Shown here one piece after another: positions 28,408 to 38,233 of a stretch of 50,448 bases of DNA. The stretch is from NCBI GenBank assembly GCA_946554325.1, contig CAMNSB010000002.1:1-50448 (forward strand), given 5' to 3'. Position 1 is the first letter of the stretch. Each line of letters begins with the position of its first letter. The DNA comes from an uncultured Mycoplasmatota bacterium. Lineage in GTDB: Bacteria; Bacillota_I; Bacilli_A; RF39; UBA660. The translations under genes and the position numbers were made by a program. Under the pieces are notes generated by a model. It saw nothing but the letters and a program-made list of their open reading frames with translations. It did not search any database and was not told the origin of the DNA.

Positions 28408-29306
28408 TATACTTTTAAATACCTCCTTACAGCATGTGCACTTCCTATCATACCTACAATAATTCCTATTATTAGTATAGCAAGAGATGCACTATAAATA
28501 AATGGTTCTGGTTTTATTAGGATAATTACTGGTGAGAATAAATATCCTTCAAAATGATTATAGAAAGCTAAATATCCAAAGGTTGTAATTAATATTGGAA
28601 TAATTGCACCAATGGCTCCTAGAACCATTCCTTCAATAATAAATGGTGTCTTAATGGTAAAGTTTGATGCTCCTACTAATCTCATGATGGAAATTTCTCT
28701 TTTTCTTGAGAAGATGGTTAATTTTATTGTATTTACAATTAAGAATACAGTTACTAGTATTAAAGCAATGACTACTCCATAGGCTACTTTTTCAATAGAT
28801 GCAAAAGCTACTACCATTTTATCGACCATATTTTCTCCATAACGTACTACGGATACTTTATCCATTTTTTCTATTTTTCTAGCTGTTGTGCCGATTTTCA
28901 TGATATCTTTTACTTTTACTTGAAAAGTATCTTTTAGGGGAGAGTTTTCATCATCCCAACCATCCATTACTGTCTTAAAGACATCGGACTCTTTTACCAT
29001 TTCCTTTTTTACATCATTTTTACTTTTGAATGTATATTTTTCTACATTCTCTAATGATTCTATTTTTTTCTTTACACTTGTTACTTCTTGTTCTGTTGCT
29101 TTTGTATCTAGAAAGACGACTATAGTCATGTCTTTTTCTAATTCTTTTGTAAAGTTTTTTACGTTGAATGAAGCAATTATGGCGATTGCTACAATAATTA
29201 GCGTAATTGTGATACAGGAAATAGAAGCGAGTGATAAACTGAAGTTTCTGAATACACTTTTGAAAGCATCACGGAAACTTCTTCCTAACATTCTAAATAG
29301 CTTCAT
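28407..29306 (-). CDS. ftsX: Cell division ABC transporter permease FtsX
   Basis: 299 aa. TM1, a large extracytoplasmic loop, then 3 C-terminal TMs. Overlaps ftsE. Confidence 0.88.
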   Translation of the reverse strand: MKLFRMLGRSFRDAFKSVFRNFSLSLASISCITITLIIVAIAIIASFNVKNFTKELEKDMTIVVFLDTKATEQEVTSVKKKIESLENVEKYTFKSKNDVKKEMVKESDVFKTVMDGWDDENSPLKDTFQVKVKDIMKIGTTARKIEKMDKVSVVRYGENMVDKMVVAFASIEKVAYGVVIALILVTVFLIVNTIKLTIFSRKREISIMRLVGASNFTIKTPFIIEGMVLGAIGAIIPILITTFGYLAFYNHFEGYLFSPVIILIKPEPFIYSASLAILIIGIIVGMIGSAHAVRRYLKV

Positions 29307-29988
29307 GATAAGTTCCTTTCTCTTTAAAGTCGATTAGTCTTCCATCCTTTAAAGTAATTACTTGCTTTTTCATTTTGTTTACAATTTCTTTATCGTGGGT
29401 TGCCATAATGATGGTCGTTCCTGTTTCTTTATTAATATTATCTAAGACTTTCATAATTTCCATACTCATCTCTGGGTCTAGGTTTCCTGTTGGTTCATCA
29501 CATAAAAGTAATTTAGGTTCATTTACAATAGCTCGTGCAATTGCTACACGTTGTTGTTCTCCTCCTGATAATTGATCTGGATAATTATGAATTTTATTTT
29601 TAAGTCCTACTACTTCTAGTGCTTTTAACACTTTGGTACGGGCTTCATTTTTACTTGCTCCAATTACTTCCATTGCAAAATTTACATTTTCATAAACGGT
29701 CAGTTTGGGAAGCAATCTATAGTCTTGGAATACAATTCCTAACTTTCTTCTTAATTTATATACTTTTGTATTTCTTAGTTTTACAACGTTTACTCCACCT
29801 ACTACTATTTGGCCCTTACTTGGACGTTCCTCTCGGTAAAGCATTTTAATTAGTGTAGATTTACCACTACCTGAACCTCCAATAACGAAAGTAAAAGACC
29901 CTTTTTTGATTGATAGGTCTAGGTCTTGAATAGCGGTAACTCCGTTTTTATATTGTTTGCTGACATTTTTTAATCTGATTAAATCCAC
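29293..29988 (-). CDS. ftsE: Cell division ATP-binding protein FtsE
   Basis: Walker [10 protein letters not shown], signature LSGGEQQR, Walker [10 protein letters not shown]. Start set to GTG 29988, 8 nt after AAGGTAGG. Confidence 0.92.
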   Translation of the reverse strand: MDLIRLKNVSKQYKNGVTAIQDLDLSIKKGSFTFVIGGSGSGKSTLIKMLYREERPSKGQIVVGGVNVVKLRNTKVYKLRRKLGIVFQDYRLLPKLTVYENVNFAMEVIGASKNEARTKVLKALEVVGLKNKIHNYPDQLSGGEQQRVAIARAIVNEPKLLLCDEPTGNLDPEMSMEIMKVLDNINKETGTTIIMATHDKEIVNKMKKQVITLKDGRLIDFKEKGTYHEAI

Positions 29989-30075
29989 TAAATTCACCTA
30001 CCTTGGTGTATATATTGTACCACATTAATCGACAAAAAAAAAGGAAGTTTGTCTACCTTTTTCTGGAAGTTTACA

Positions 30076-30939
30076 TTATTTTCCACCTTCTACTTGATAG
30101 GCATCACAGGCTAGGAAGAAAGCATCGTTATCTAGCATCTTTATTCCTGTTGTTACCTGAAAGTATTCACGAGATGGGATAACAGTTAGCAATACTTTTC
30201 TTCTTTTTTGTAAGAAGCCTCCTTTTACATCAAATACTGTAACACTATGATTTAAATGATTGATAATATATTCTTTTACTTCTTCATCCTTACTTGTAAT
30301 AATATAGAAGGCTTTATTGTTGGATATTCCTAGTAAAACTCTATCAATTAATAGACTAGTAATGAATAAAATTATCATTGCATACATGACAATTGCAAAA
30401 CCAAAGAAGAAGCCTCCGATTAGTACTACTATCATATTAATAATAAAACTGGATTTTGATACTGGAATATTAAAATATTTAAAAAGAATTTGGCTTATAA
30501 TTTGGAGTCCTCCATTACTAAATCCTACTTTAAATATGATTCCATTTAACACACCACTGATGGCTCCTATAAAAATAGAAATTAATAGTAAATCGCTCAT
30601 GTCAATTACGATAATACTTCCAATATTTTCTGTTAAATGTACAAAAACTGGATAGATGAGAGTGGCTACAATGGATCCTGATGTTTTTTCTACACCTAAA
30701 TAGAGAAAGCTTAATAGTAAGAGTATTACTGATAGAATAAATGTAATCATAGCAGGATTCCAGCCATATAAATATTTCGTAATAATTGTAATACCGCCTA
30801 CTCCACCAGTTACTAGTTTTGTGGGTAGCAATAGGAGATTAAAGACACAGGCAGATAGGAAAAGAGCAATAATTAATATGATGTAGCGCCTTATTAGTTT
30901 TTTGCTGTGGATTGTTTTAATTACTTGTTCTATATTCAT
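30076..30939 (-). CDS. YitT-family membrane protein (DUF2179 C-terminal domain)
   Basis: 287 aa. 5-6 TM segments plus a C-terminal soluble domain (VTVFDVKGGF...FFLACDAYQVEGG). Paralogue of the upstream gene. Confidence 0.8.
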   Translation of the reverse strand: MNIEQVIKTIHSKKLIRRYIILIIALFLSACVFNLLLLPTKLVTGGVGGITIITKYLYGWNPAMITFILSVILLLLSFLYLGVEKTSGSIVATLIYPVFVHLTENIGSIIVIDMSDLLLISIFIGAISGVLNGIIFKVGFSNGGLQIISQILFKYFNIPVSKSSFIINMIVVLIGGFFFGFAIVMYAMIILFITSLLIDRVLLGISNNKAFYIITSKDEEVKEYIINHLNHSVTVFDVKGGFLQKRRKVLLTVIPSREYFQVTTGIKMLDNDAFFLACDAYQVEGGK

Positions 30940-31821
30940 CTACTCACCTCCAAATACTTCATATGCATCTGTTACGACAAAGAAACTATCTGGATCAATT
31001 TCATGAAGCCCTTCTTTTAGTTTGTAATACTCTTTGGTTGGAAGTACACACATTAAGACTGTTTGACGCTCTTTTTTGTATCCACCTTTAGCATTAAAAA
31101 TAGTAACGCCATGATTTAGATATTTTAAAATATAATCTTTTACTTTTTCTTCTTCACTGGTAATAATATAGAAAGCCTTACTATCAGAAATTCCTAAGAT
31201 AACACGATCTGTTATAAAACTTACAATATATAAAATAATCAAAGAATACATTAGTTTGTTGATTCCAAAAACAAAAGCAGAGGATAAAACAATTAAACCA
31301 TCGCTTATTAAAATACTATTTCCAATACTAATATGCAAATATTTCGATAAAATTTGGTTTAGGATATCTGTTCCACCACTTGTGTATCCTGCTTTAAATA
31401 TCATTCCTGCACCTGATCCGTAGAGAACAGCACCAAATATTGTAGTTAGGAGTAGTTGGGAGGAATCTATATCTACATATGCTCCGATATTTGCAGTTAG
31501 TTTGACACATACTGGAAAAAGCAGACTCCCAAGAATAGATCCTCTTGTTTTTTCCCATCCTAAGAGAAAGTAACTTGCGACTAGCAAGATACAGGATCCT
31601 GTTAAAATTACTAAGGAATTATCCCAACCAAAGACGGAGTTTAGAATGACAGAGGCTCCACTCATTCCACCTGGTACTAAATTATTAGGTGAAAAGAAGA
31701 GATTAAAGGCACTTGCTACTATTAGTGAGCCTATTAGGAATTCTATAAATCGTTTTACTTTAGCTTTTTCATAAATGTGCTGTAATATTAAATCTGTTTT
31801 TTTGGATCTTAAAAACTTCAT
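30940..31821 (-). CDS. YitT-family membrane protein (DUF2179 C-terminal domain)
   Basis: 293 aa, same architecture (VTIFNAKGGY...FFVVTDAYEVFGG). Forms a tandem paralogue pair. Confidence 0.8.
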   Translation of the reverse strand: MKFLRSKKTDLILQHIYEKAKVKRFIEFLIGSLIVASAFNLFFSPNNLVPGGMSGASVILNSVFGWDNSLVILTGSCILLVASYFLLGWEKTRGSILGSLLFPVCVKLTANIGAYVDIDSSQLLLTTIFGAVLYGSGAGMIFKAGYTSGGTDILNQILSKYLHISIGNSILISDGLIVLSSAFVFGINKLMYSLIILYIVSFITDRVILGISDSKAFYIITSEEEKVKDYILKYLNHGVTIFNAKGGYKKERQTVLMCVLPTKEYYKLKEGLHEIDPDSFFVVTDAYEVFGGE

Positions 31822-31822
31822 T

Positions 31823-32918
31823 TTATTCTCCCCTTTTTAAATTACTTTGTATAAATAAATCTATATCACCATCTAATACTTTTGAGACATTACTTGTTTC
31901 TATATTGGTACGATGATCTTTTACCATGGCGTATGGATGCATAATATAGCTTCTAATTTGTGAACCAAATTCTATATTTTTTTGTTTACCTTTGATGTTA
32001 TCTAGTTCTTGTTTCTGTTTCTCTTCTTCTAATAATAGAAGTTTCATTTTTAGCACTTTCATTGCTTGTTCCTTATTCTGAATTTGGCTTCGCTCATTTT
32101 GGCAGGTTACTATAATTTTAGATGGTAGATGGGTAATTCTTACTGCTGAGTCTGTGGTATTTACCCCTTGTCCACCACAACCGCTAGAGCGATAGACATC
32201 AATTTTTAAGTCTTTTTCGTCAAGTGTAATATCTATTTCTTCTTTCATTTCTGGGGTTATCTCTACAGAAGCAAAAGAGGTATGACGCCTATTATTTGAA
32301 TCAAATGGAGAAAGACGAACTAAGCGATGTACTCCTTTTTCTTGTTTTAAATATCCATAGGCATTTGGTCCTTTGATTAGAATTGTGGCACTTTTGATTC
32401 CTGCTTCTTCTCCATCTTGATAATCTAATAATTCTGTTTTATATTTTTTAGCCTCACACCATCTTCTGTACATTCTATAAAGCATTAATGCCCAATCACA
32501 AGCTTCTGTTCCTCCTGCTCCAGAATGTATTTCTAAAATACAGTTATTATTATCATAGGGACCACTTAAGTACATATAGTATGATAGGTCTTCTAAATCT
32601 TTTTCTATTTTTTCTAAATCACTAGAAATCATTTTTTTTGTTTCTATATCCTCTTCTTCTAATATTTCTAGAAATTCTCTATCCGTTTCCAGACGGCTTT
32701 TCATATCTACTATGGAGCTTGTTATCTTTTTTAGTTCACTTACTCTACTAATTACTTCTTCACTATGTTTTTTATTATCCCAAAAGTTAGGTTTTAGCAT
32801 CTCTTGTTCTAGGGATTTTAATTCTTCTAGGTTTTTTTCTACGTCAAAGTGACCTCCATAATTCTTTTAACTCTGTTTCGGTTTGTTCTAAAAATTTTAC
32901 TATTTCATTTTTGTTCAT
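31823..32918 (-). CDS. prfB: Peptide chain release factor 2 (requires programmed +1 frameshift)
   Basis: Frame 0 from ATG 32918 gives MNKNEIVKFLEQTETELKELWRSL, then an in-frame TGA (32846-32844). The +1 frame continues DVEKNLEELKSLEQEMLKPNFWD... into the 325-aa ORF, which contains the SPF and GGQ motifs. Confidence 0.93.
32843..32857 (-). promoter_or_regulatory. prfB autoregulatory +1 frameshift site
   Basis: Minus-strand GGAGG (32857-32853), 3 nt, then CTT TGA C (32849-32843). This is the canonical SD-like element plus slippery CUU-UGA-C. Confidence 0.9.
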
Positions 32919-32969
32919 AATCTCTCCTACTTTCATCTTTATTATACACGGATTTATTAGGTGTGCCAA

Positions 32970-33575
32970 TTACTTATTTTTATTTTGTACAAAATCTCCG
33001 TTTTTAATATATTTTCGAAATATTCTTTTGCCATTTTTTTGGATATAGAGATTTGTAAAACGAATTTTTATTCCTTTTGCTGTTTCAAAATTGAAGTCAT
33101 TCTGTATTTGGAAATGAATATGCGGTCCATTCGTATTTCCACTATTTCCAACTTGTGCAATATAATCTCCTGTTTTTACCATATCTCCTACTTTTACTTG
33201 GAAGCTATCTTTTAAGATATGGGCAATGAGACTGTATTCATTATTTTTATGTTTGATTAAAATATAGTTTCCTTTCACATCATCTGCATCACATACAATT
33301 GGTCTATTTTTTCTAATTTTTGTATCTTTATATTCGTTACAAATATCTACTACATAACCGTCTAATGGTGCATAAATTTTCTTTTTATAGGAATAATAAT
33401 TAGGAATGATTAAATAGTCATCATGATAGGGCTTATTTTTTTCATCTCTAATTTCAAAATCGTATGCATAACGTTGCTCAGGTATATCCCACGAATGGGA
33501 ATTTTTTTTTGTAATTCCTCCAAACTCAATAAAAAACTCTTCTTTAAATGGTAAATGATATTTATTTTTACTCAT
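32970..33575 (-). CDS. M23-family metallopeptidase without signal peptide
   Basis: 201 aa. GNSGNTNGPHIHFQI and LIAHIL motifs. No N-terminal hydrophobic segment. Confidence 0.7.
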   Translation of the reverse strand: MSKNKYHLPFKEEFFIEFGGITKKNSHSWDIPEQRYAYDFEIRDEKNKPYHDDYLIIPNYYSYKKKIYAPLDGYVVDICNEYKDTKIRKNRPIVCDADDVKGNYILIKHKNNEYSLIAHILKDSFQVKVGDMVKTGDYIAQVGNSGNTNGPHIHFQIQNDFNFETAKGIKIRFTNLYIQKNGKRIFRKYIKNGDFVQNKNK

Positions 33576-33674
33576 AAATTATCCTTTCTGGTATATTTTT
33601 CTAAATAGTACATATGCTATTAGTGGGGAGGGTTCACTGTTAAATGTGAAGATCCCCTGTATATAGATTGGTAC

Positions 33675-33998
33675 TTAGGTTACACTAAGTGCCTTTTTTA
33701 TTTTAATATACCATATTTTTAATGCTTCTGAAATATTAAAGTTATAATGGAACAAAAAAGAAAATAGTGTGACTCTTTCTACTATTCTATTTAATGATGT
33801 TTTTAATGCATCTCTATCATATTTATCAGACATATCTCTTGTAAGCATATATTTTTGTTTTTCATTTTTATAGAGTTCATTATTTTGTAGCTCATATTCT
33901 AAATTATGATACCAATATAAGTGTTCTCCTCCTGCTAGAATTAAAACGTCTGCTTTGATATCTAGATTATTTATTAATGTAGATATATACTTCATCAA
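33675..33998 (-). CDS. Hypothetical protein, possibly a gene fragment
   Basis: 107-aa ORF with no recognisable motif. Lies in the decayed accessory segment. Confidence 0.3.
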   Translation of the reverse strand: MMKYISTLINNLDIKADVLILAGGEHLYWYHNLEYELQNNELYKNEKQKYMLTRDMSDKYDRDALKTSLNRIVERVTLFSFLFHYNFNISEALKIWYIKIKKALSVT

Positions 33999-34051
33999 AT
34001 GTCACTGTTGCCTTGTCCTCTTTTAAACTTGGAAACTTTTTCGTTCATACT

Positions 34052-34938
34052 TTATTTATTTGATATTAATTTACTTTCTTCTTTTACTTGTTTTTGTAAT
34101 AATTCCAAATCTTTCATACTTTTACTATTTTGTAAAGATTTCATTTGTCTTTTGGTAGATTTATTTAATCTTATTAATCTTTCTCTCTGTGATAAACCAT
34201 CTTCAATTAATTCGGCACTTGTATTTTGCAAGTTATTTAATATTACTAAATGAAGTAAATCGGTATAATCTCTTATATTTCCTTTTTTAGCAAGTTCTGG
34301 ATTACTTTCTTTCCATTCTTTTGCTGTCATTCCAAATAATGCCACATTTAAAATGTCTGCCTCATCAGAATAAACATATTGTTTTTGACTTTCTGTTAAA
34401 TTAGGAACTATACATTTCTTTATTGCATCAGTATGAACTACATAATTAACTTTTGATAGAAGTCTTGTTGCACTCCACTCTAGTTTATATTGATATGCTT
34501 CATTAGTTTTTAATCTTTCGAATTCAGTTATTAAATATAATTTGAACTCTGGAGATAGCCAACTAGCAAATTCAAAGGCAATATCTGGATGAGCAAAAGT
34601 TCCAATGCTATACCTTCCCCCTTAGAGATAATACCTATTGCATTGGTTCTTTTAATCCATTGAGATGGGGACATTGCAAAAGAATTTCTACCATACTCAG
34701 TTTTAATTTGGTCGAATTCAACCAAATTAAAATCAGGATTATGAATTTCTTCCCATAAACCAATGTAATCAATAGTTGTAATCCTTCTTAACCAATTCTT
34801 TACTGTAAAAGATGGATCACTAGAATTTTGATACTTAGCTAAATCTGTTAATGAAATATAATTAACATTACCTACTCTTAAAATTCCCACTTTATTTTCT
34901 TTAACAATAATTTCTGTTGTTACTTCATCTTTTTTCAA
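34052..34938 (-). pseudogene. KilA-N domain protein gene, disrupted by a 1-nt frameshift in a G5 run
   Basis: The N-terminal ORF (34531..34938) carries a KilA-N-like start (VGILRVGNVNYISLTDLAKY). At the C5/G5 run 34617-34621 the alternative frame continues GGRYSIGTFAHPDIAFEFASWLSPEFKLYLITEFERLK... without stops, in frame with ORF 34052..34345. Confidence 0.75.
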
Positions 34939-34967
34939 TAGATATTATCTCACTTTCTTGAAATTTA

Positions 34968-35150
34968 AAAGGATGTTCACATATTTTTTCTGTTTACATC
35001 CTTTATTTTTAGGGCATTTAAGCCATATTTTTTAATTATTTGCAAACAAATATGAATTTGTTAACATTTTTTAACTTTGCGTGAGTCTAGCAAACCCTTT
35101 ATTTATCTCATTTTCCGCAGCAATTTTTGTACTTTTTGCCCGAACCACAA
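34968..35150. repeat. Distal copy of the att-like direct repeat (displaced secA 3' tail plus terminator region)
   Basis: Collinear with 38743-38916. Shared identical blocks are AAAGGATGT (34968/38743), CATCCTTTA (34997/38773), AATTTGTTA (35055/38831) and CCCGAACCACAA (35139/38905), with one ~10-nt indel. Confidence 0.75.
35108..35149 (-). pseudogene. Displaced secA 3'-terminal remnant (13 codons plus stop)
   Basis: Minus strand TGT GGT TCG GGC AAA AAG TAC AAA AAT TGC TGC GGA AAA TGA translates CGSGKKYKNCCGK*. Live SecA ends CGSGKKYKQCCGK*. Confidence 0.75.
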
Positions 35151-35282
35151 AAACTTTGTACTCCCATATTATCAATACTTACAATATTTATAATATTATT
35201 GATATTTCTATGTTTTTAGGACTAGGTAATTCCTATATTATCCATATTATTAGTATCATTTTTATTATAAATATTTCTCTAC

Positions 35283-35310
35283 TGTGGACAAATTGAGGAC
35301 ATTGTCCACA
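35283..35310. repeat. Inverted pair of TGTGGACAA motifs (candidate integrase arm-type sites)
   Basis: TGTGGACAA (35283-35291), 10 nt, then TTGTCCACA (35302-35310). A third copy, TTGTCCACA, lies at 38795-38803 near the other island end. Confidence 0.4.
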
Positions 35311-35364
35311 TTCGTTCACTGGTATAAGTATATCATATTTTAATTATTTTATAAATTGTGCAAT

Positions 35365-36384
35365 TTATTTATTTTCTATTTGCTTTGTTTCATTTAACAA
35401 TCTATCAAAATCAGATACATAATTATTATCTTGAATGACTTTGAACTTTTCATATTCACTTTCGGCTTTCTCTTTGGCTTGTTTATGAGAAATTTTACCT
35501 TTTCCCTCTAAAACATCATAATGAAATACTCTTAATGCATTTTCTACTTCATTCTTCCAATCATTCATATACATTGCAATATTTCTTTCAGCATTATTTT
35601 CGGCAATATCTAAAAATAAGTTGACTAAATTATTCAAGTTCTTAATTTCTTTTTCATCTAAATAATTTTTAGCAATTATTACATCCGATTTTAGTATCTT
35701 GCCATCAGGAGAATTCTCCCATGTTGTAAGTCCCATATTATCTTTTTTTGCATCAACTCTATTATAAACAATTTCAGCAGCAGTATGACCAGTGATAGCA
35801 AAGTGGAATTTATTTTGAATCGTTTTATAAAACGTTATTGCCATATCACTATCTTTATCATAATCAATTGAACATTCAGCAAATATATCAGTAATTTTTT
35901 GATAAAACATTCTTTCACTTGTACGAATTAACTTAATTCTTTCAAGCAATCTTTTAAAGTATTCTTGATCAGATTTTCGTGCTTTCATAAATCTTTCATC
36001 ATTTAAAGCAAAACCTTGAACCATATAGTCTTTGATTATTTTATTAGCCCAAGTTCTAAATTTAATTGCCTTTTTGGAATTAACTCTAAATCCAATAGAA
36101 ATAATCATATCAAGATTATAATATTTTGTATTATAAGTTTGTTTTCCGTCATTACCCATATGTGCAATTTTTGCACATGTGCTACTTTCATTTAATTCTT
36201 CATCTTTATAAATATTATTGATATGCCTAACAATGCCACTTCTATCAATATTAAAAAGTGTAGATAAAGCTTCAGTATTTAACCAAACATCTTCGTTTTC
36301 AAGTAATACTTCTACTTTAGTATTCCCATCTTCATCATTATAAAATAAAATATTTTTTTCATTTCCAATTAGTTTATCATTCAT
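35365..36384 (-). CDS. RhuM-family (Virulence_RhuM) protein
   Basis: N-terminal ILFYNDEDGNTKVEVLLENEDVWLNTEALSTLFNIDRSGIVRHINNIY and YNLDMIISIGFRVNSKKAIKFRTWA are typical of RhuM-family proteins. Start set to ATG 36384 behind AAGGAGG. Confidence 0.8.
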   Translation of the reverse strand: MNDKLIGNEKNILFYNDEDGNTKVEVLLENEDVWLNTEALSTLFNIDRSGIVRHINNIYKDEELNESSTCAKIAHMGNDGKQTYNTKYYNLDMIISIGFRVNSKKAIKFRTWANKIIKDYMVQGFALNDERFMKARKSDQEYFKRLLERIKLIRTSERMFYQKITDIFAECSIDYDKDSDMAITFYKTIQNKFHFAITGHTAAEIVYNRVDAKKDNMGLTTWENSPDGKILKSDVIIAKNYLDEKEIKNLNNLVNLFLDIAENNAERNIAMYMNDWKNEVENALRVFHYDVLEGKGKISHKQAKEKAESEYEKFKVIQDNNYVSDFDRLLNETKQIENK

Positions 36385-36469
36385 TACTTGCACCTCCTTT
36401 AACAATTATTCATTAAGTAATCAGCTAATAATATTATACTATTTTTTATCTTGCTTAACAATGTTACTA

Positions 36470-37722
36470 CTAAAATTTATCTCTCAAATTTATATCTATT
36501 TCTTTTTCTATTGATTCACAAATTTTAATTAAGTCATTAGTGGTACTAGTAATATAATAATTTTCTGTTGTTTCAGTTCTACTATGACCTAACAACTTAG
36601 AAATGTCTTTTATTTCATTTCCTATTCTTAATGCTTTTGTAGCAAAACTGCCTCTTAAATCATAAAATCTGCAGTTGATTCCTAATTCGTGATGAATAAT
36701 TTTAAATGGATATCTTATAATATCTGTTCCAGAATATGTGCCATCTTTCCTAGTAAATACCATTTCTACTCTATTGCGTTTAGAATAACTTTCCATAATT
36801 TTATATTCCACTAACTTACCAAATTTATTTTTTACTTCTTCTATAATATATCTTTTATACTTTTTTGCATATTGATTTTTTAAATTATTTTGTATATTTT
36901 TATAATCTATTAGTACTGCATATAAACTATCACAAATATAAACCTCCCTTTGACTACCTGGTGTTTTAGTTGTAGCTAAGTACCATCTTCCACTTTCTCC
37001 TTTATCTTTTGCATACACAGTTTTATTTATGTTAATAATTCTATTATCTAAATCTATATCATCCCAAGTTAAAGCAAATACCTCTCCTGTTCTCATACCT
37101 GTATAACAAGCAGTAATAAATGCACATATAAATACTTTATTATTCTTAAATCTATTTAAAATTATTTCTATTTCTTCTTTAGTATAAACGTGCCTTACAT
37201 CGTTTTTTTTGATTCAAATGATAACACTCTAGGTATTTCTAAATCACAGGCTATATTATTTTTAATAAAACCAAAATAATATGTTGCATCTCTTAAAGAG
37301 CTTTTAATAACCTTTTGATAATTTCTTAATGCTTCTTTTGTACTAGAAGTTTGGTATAACTTTAATAATGCTTGATTTAAAATATATGGAGTTAGAACTG
37401 ATAACTTATAATTACCTAATTCTTCTTTTATATTACCAAAAGACTCTTTATATCTCTTTGCAGTAGAATATTTATAATTTATTTCAAAATATTCTTTCAT
37501 CCAGTAATCTAAATAATCTCCATATAACATATTACATTCATTAGTAGTTACCCCATTAATGAATTCATCATATGCTTTTTGTCCTGCTATAAATGCTTCA
37601 TTTTTAGTATTAAATCCACTTTTAGTTATTTGCTTTCTTTTACCATTTACCTTTCCTGCTTCAAAACAATATTGATAGACATTCCCTCTTTTTCTTATAT
37701 TGATCATCTTATCATCTCCCAT
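36470..37722 (-). pseudogene. int: Tyrosine recombinase/integrase with Arm-type N-terminal domain, split by a 1-nt frameshift in an A8 run
   Basis: The N-terminal ORF (MINIRKRGNVYQY...NGKRKQITKSGFNTKNEA, SAM-like core-binding part) stops at 37195. The catalytic ORF (MRTGEVFALTWDDI, YDLRGSFAT, LLGHSRTETTENYY) is open back to 37213. One extra A in the run at 37203-37210 would fuse them into a protein of about 415 aa. Confidence 0.85.
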
Positions 37723-37747
37723 TCTTTGATTATTATTATTCTACATC

Positions 37748-37779
37748 AAAAAAGTGAAGCATTTTTTCTACACTTTCAC
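37748..37779 (-). terminator. Possible terminator between the membrane cassette and the integrase gene
   Basis: Minus-strand GUGAAAG...CUUCAC (6 bp with one bulged A) followed by U6. Confidence 0.4.
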
Positions 37780-37818
37780 ATTTTAACTATCATTTTTTAA
37801 ATTTTCTTTTTTCATTTA

Positions 37819-38232
37819 TTATTTTTTCCAAAACCAAAACAAATATATACTCATAGAAAGCATAGAAAGTACAAAACTTGCAATCAAATATATATAAATA
37901 TATAATTGATAACATTCTAATGAATCTTGAAATGCTACTATTAAGAAAGGTATTACAACACTAATAAAAATAATAATTATAGATAAAATTCGACCAATTT
38001 TAATATCAAGCGTTGAATTAATACTTTTTAATCTTTTCTCATAAATTTTTTTCTGTTGCTCCTTTAATCTTATTTGATAAGATAAATTATCCATATTTCT
38101 TAATCTATTAATATTTTGAATATTATCAATTGCACTAACTATTCGTGGAGTTTTTAAATCTAGATTAGGAATAATAGGTGGCGGTGTAACTAGAGAACTA
38201 AAATCTGGCAATTTTAAATCTGGTAATTTCAT
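37819..38232 (-). CDS. Hypothetical membrane protein (Pro-rich N-terminus, coiled coil, two C-terminal TM helices)
   Basis: ATG 38232 lies 8 nt after AAGGAG and 2 nt after the upstream stop. Sequence MKLPDLKLPDFSSLVTPPPIIPNLDLKTP..., with hydrophobic LSIIIIFISVVIPFLIVAF and IYIYLIASFVLSMLSMSIYLFWFW. Confidence 0.5.
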   Translation of the reverse strand: MKLPDLKLPDFSSLVTPPPIIPNLDLKTPRIVSAIDNIQNINRLRNMDNLSYQIRLKEQQKKIYEKRLKSINSTLDIKIGRILSIIIIFISVVIPFLIVAFQDSLECYQLYIYIYLIASFVLSMLSMSIYLFWFWKK

Positions 38233-38233
38233 C

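Noticed and set aside
29998-30075. Possible terminator between the second yitT gene and ftsE: AGAAAAAGG...CCUUUUUUU.
   Set aside because: The stem is almost entirely A-U with only two G-C pairs and an 11-nt loop. This is too weak to call from sequence alone.
35081-35296. 71-aa plus-strand ORF in the island's distal arm, as possible cargo or excisionase.
   Set aside because: It uses a GTG start without an RBS, runs across the displaced secA tail remnant and the AT-rich arm, and gives a low-complexity Ile/Asn/Phe-rich translation. I identified no Xis-like HTH gene in the island.
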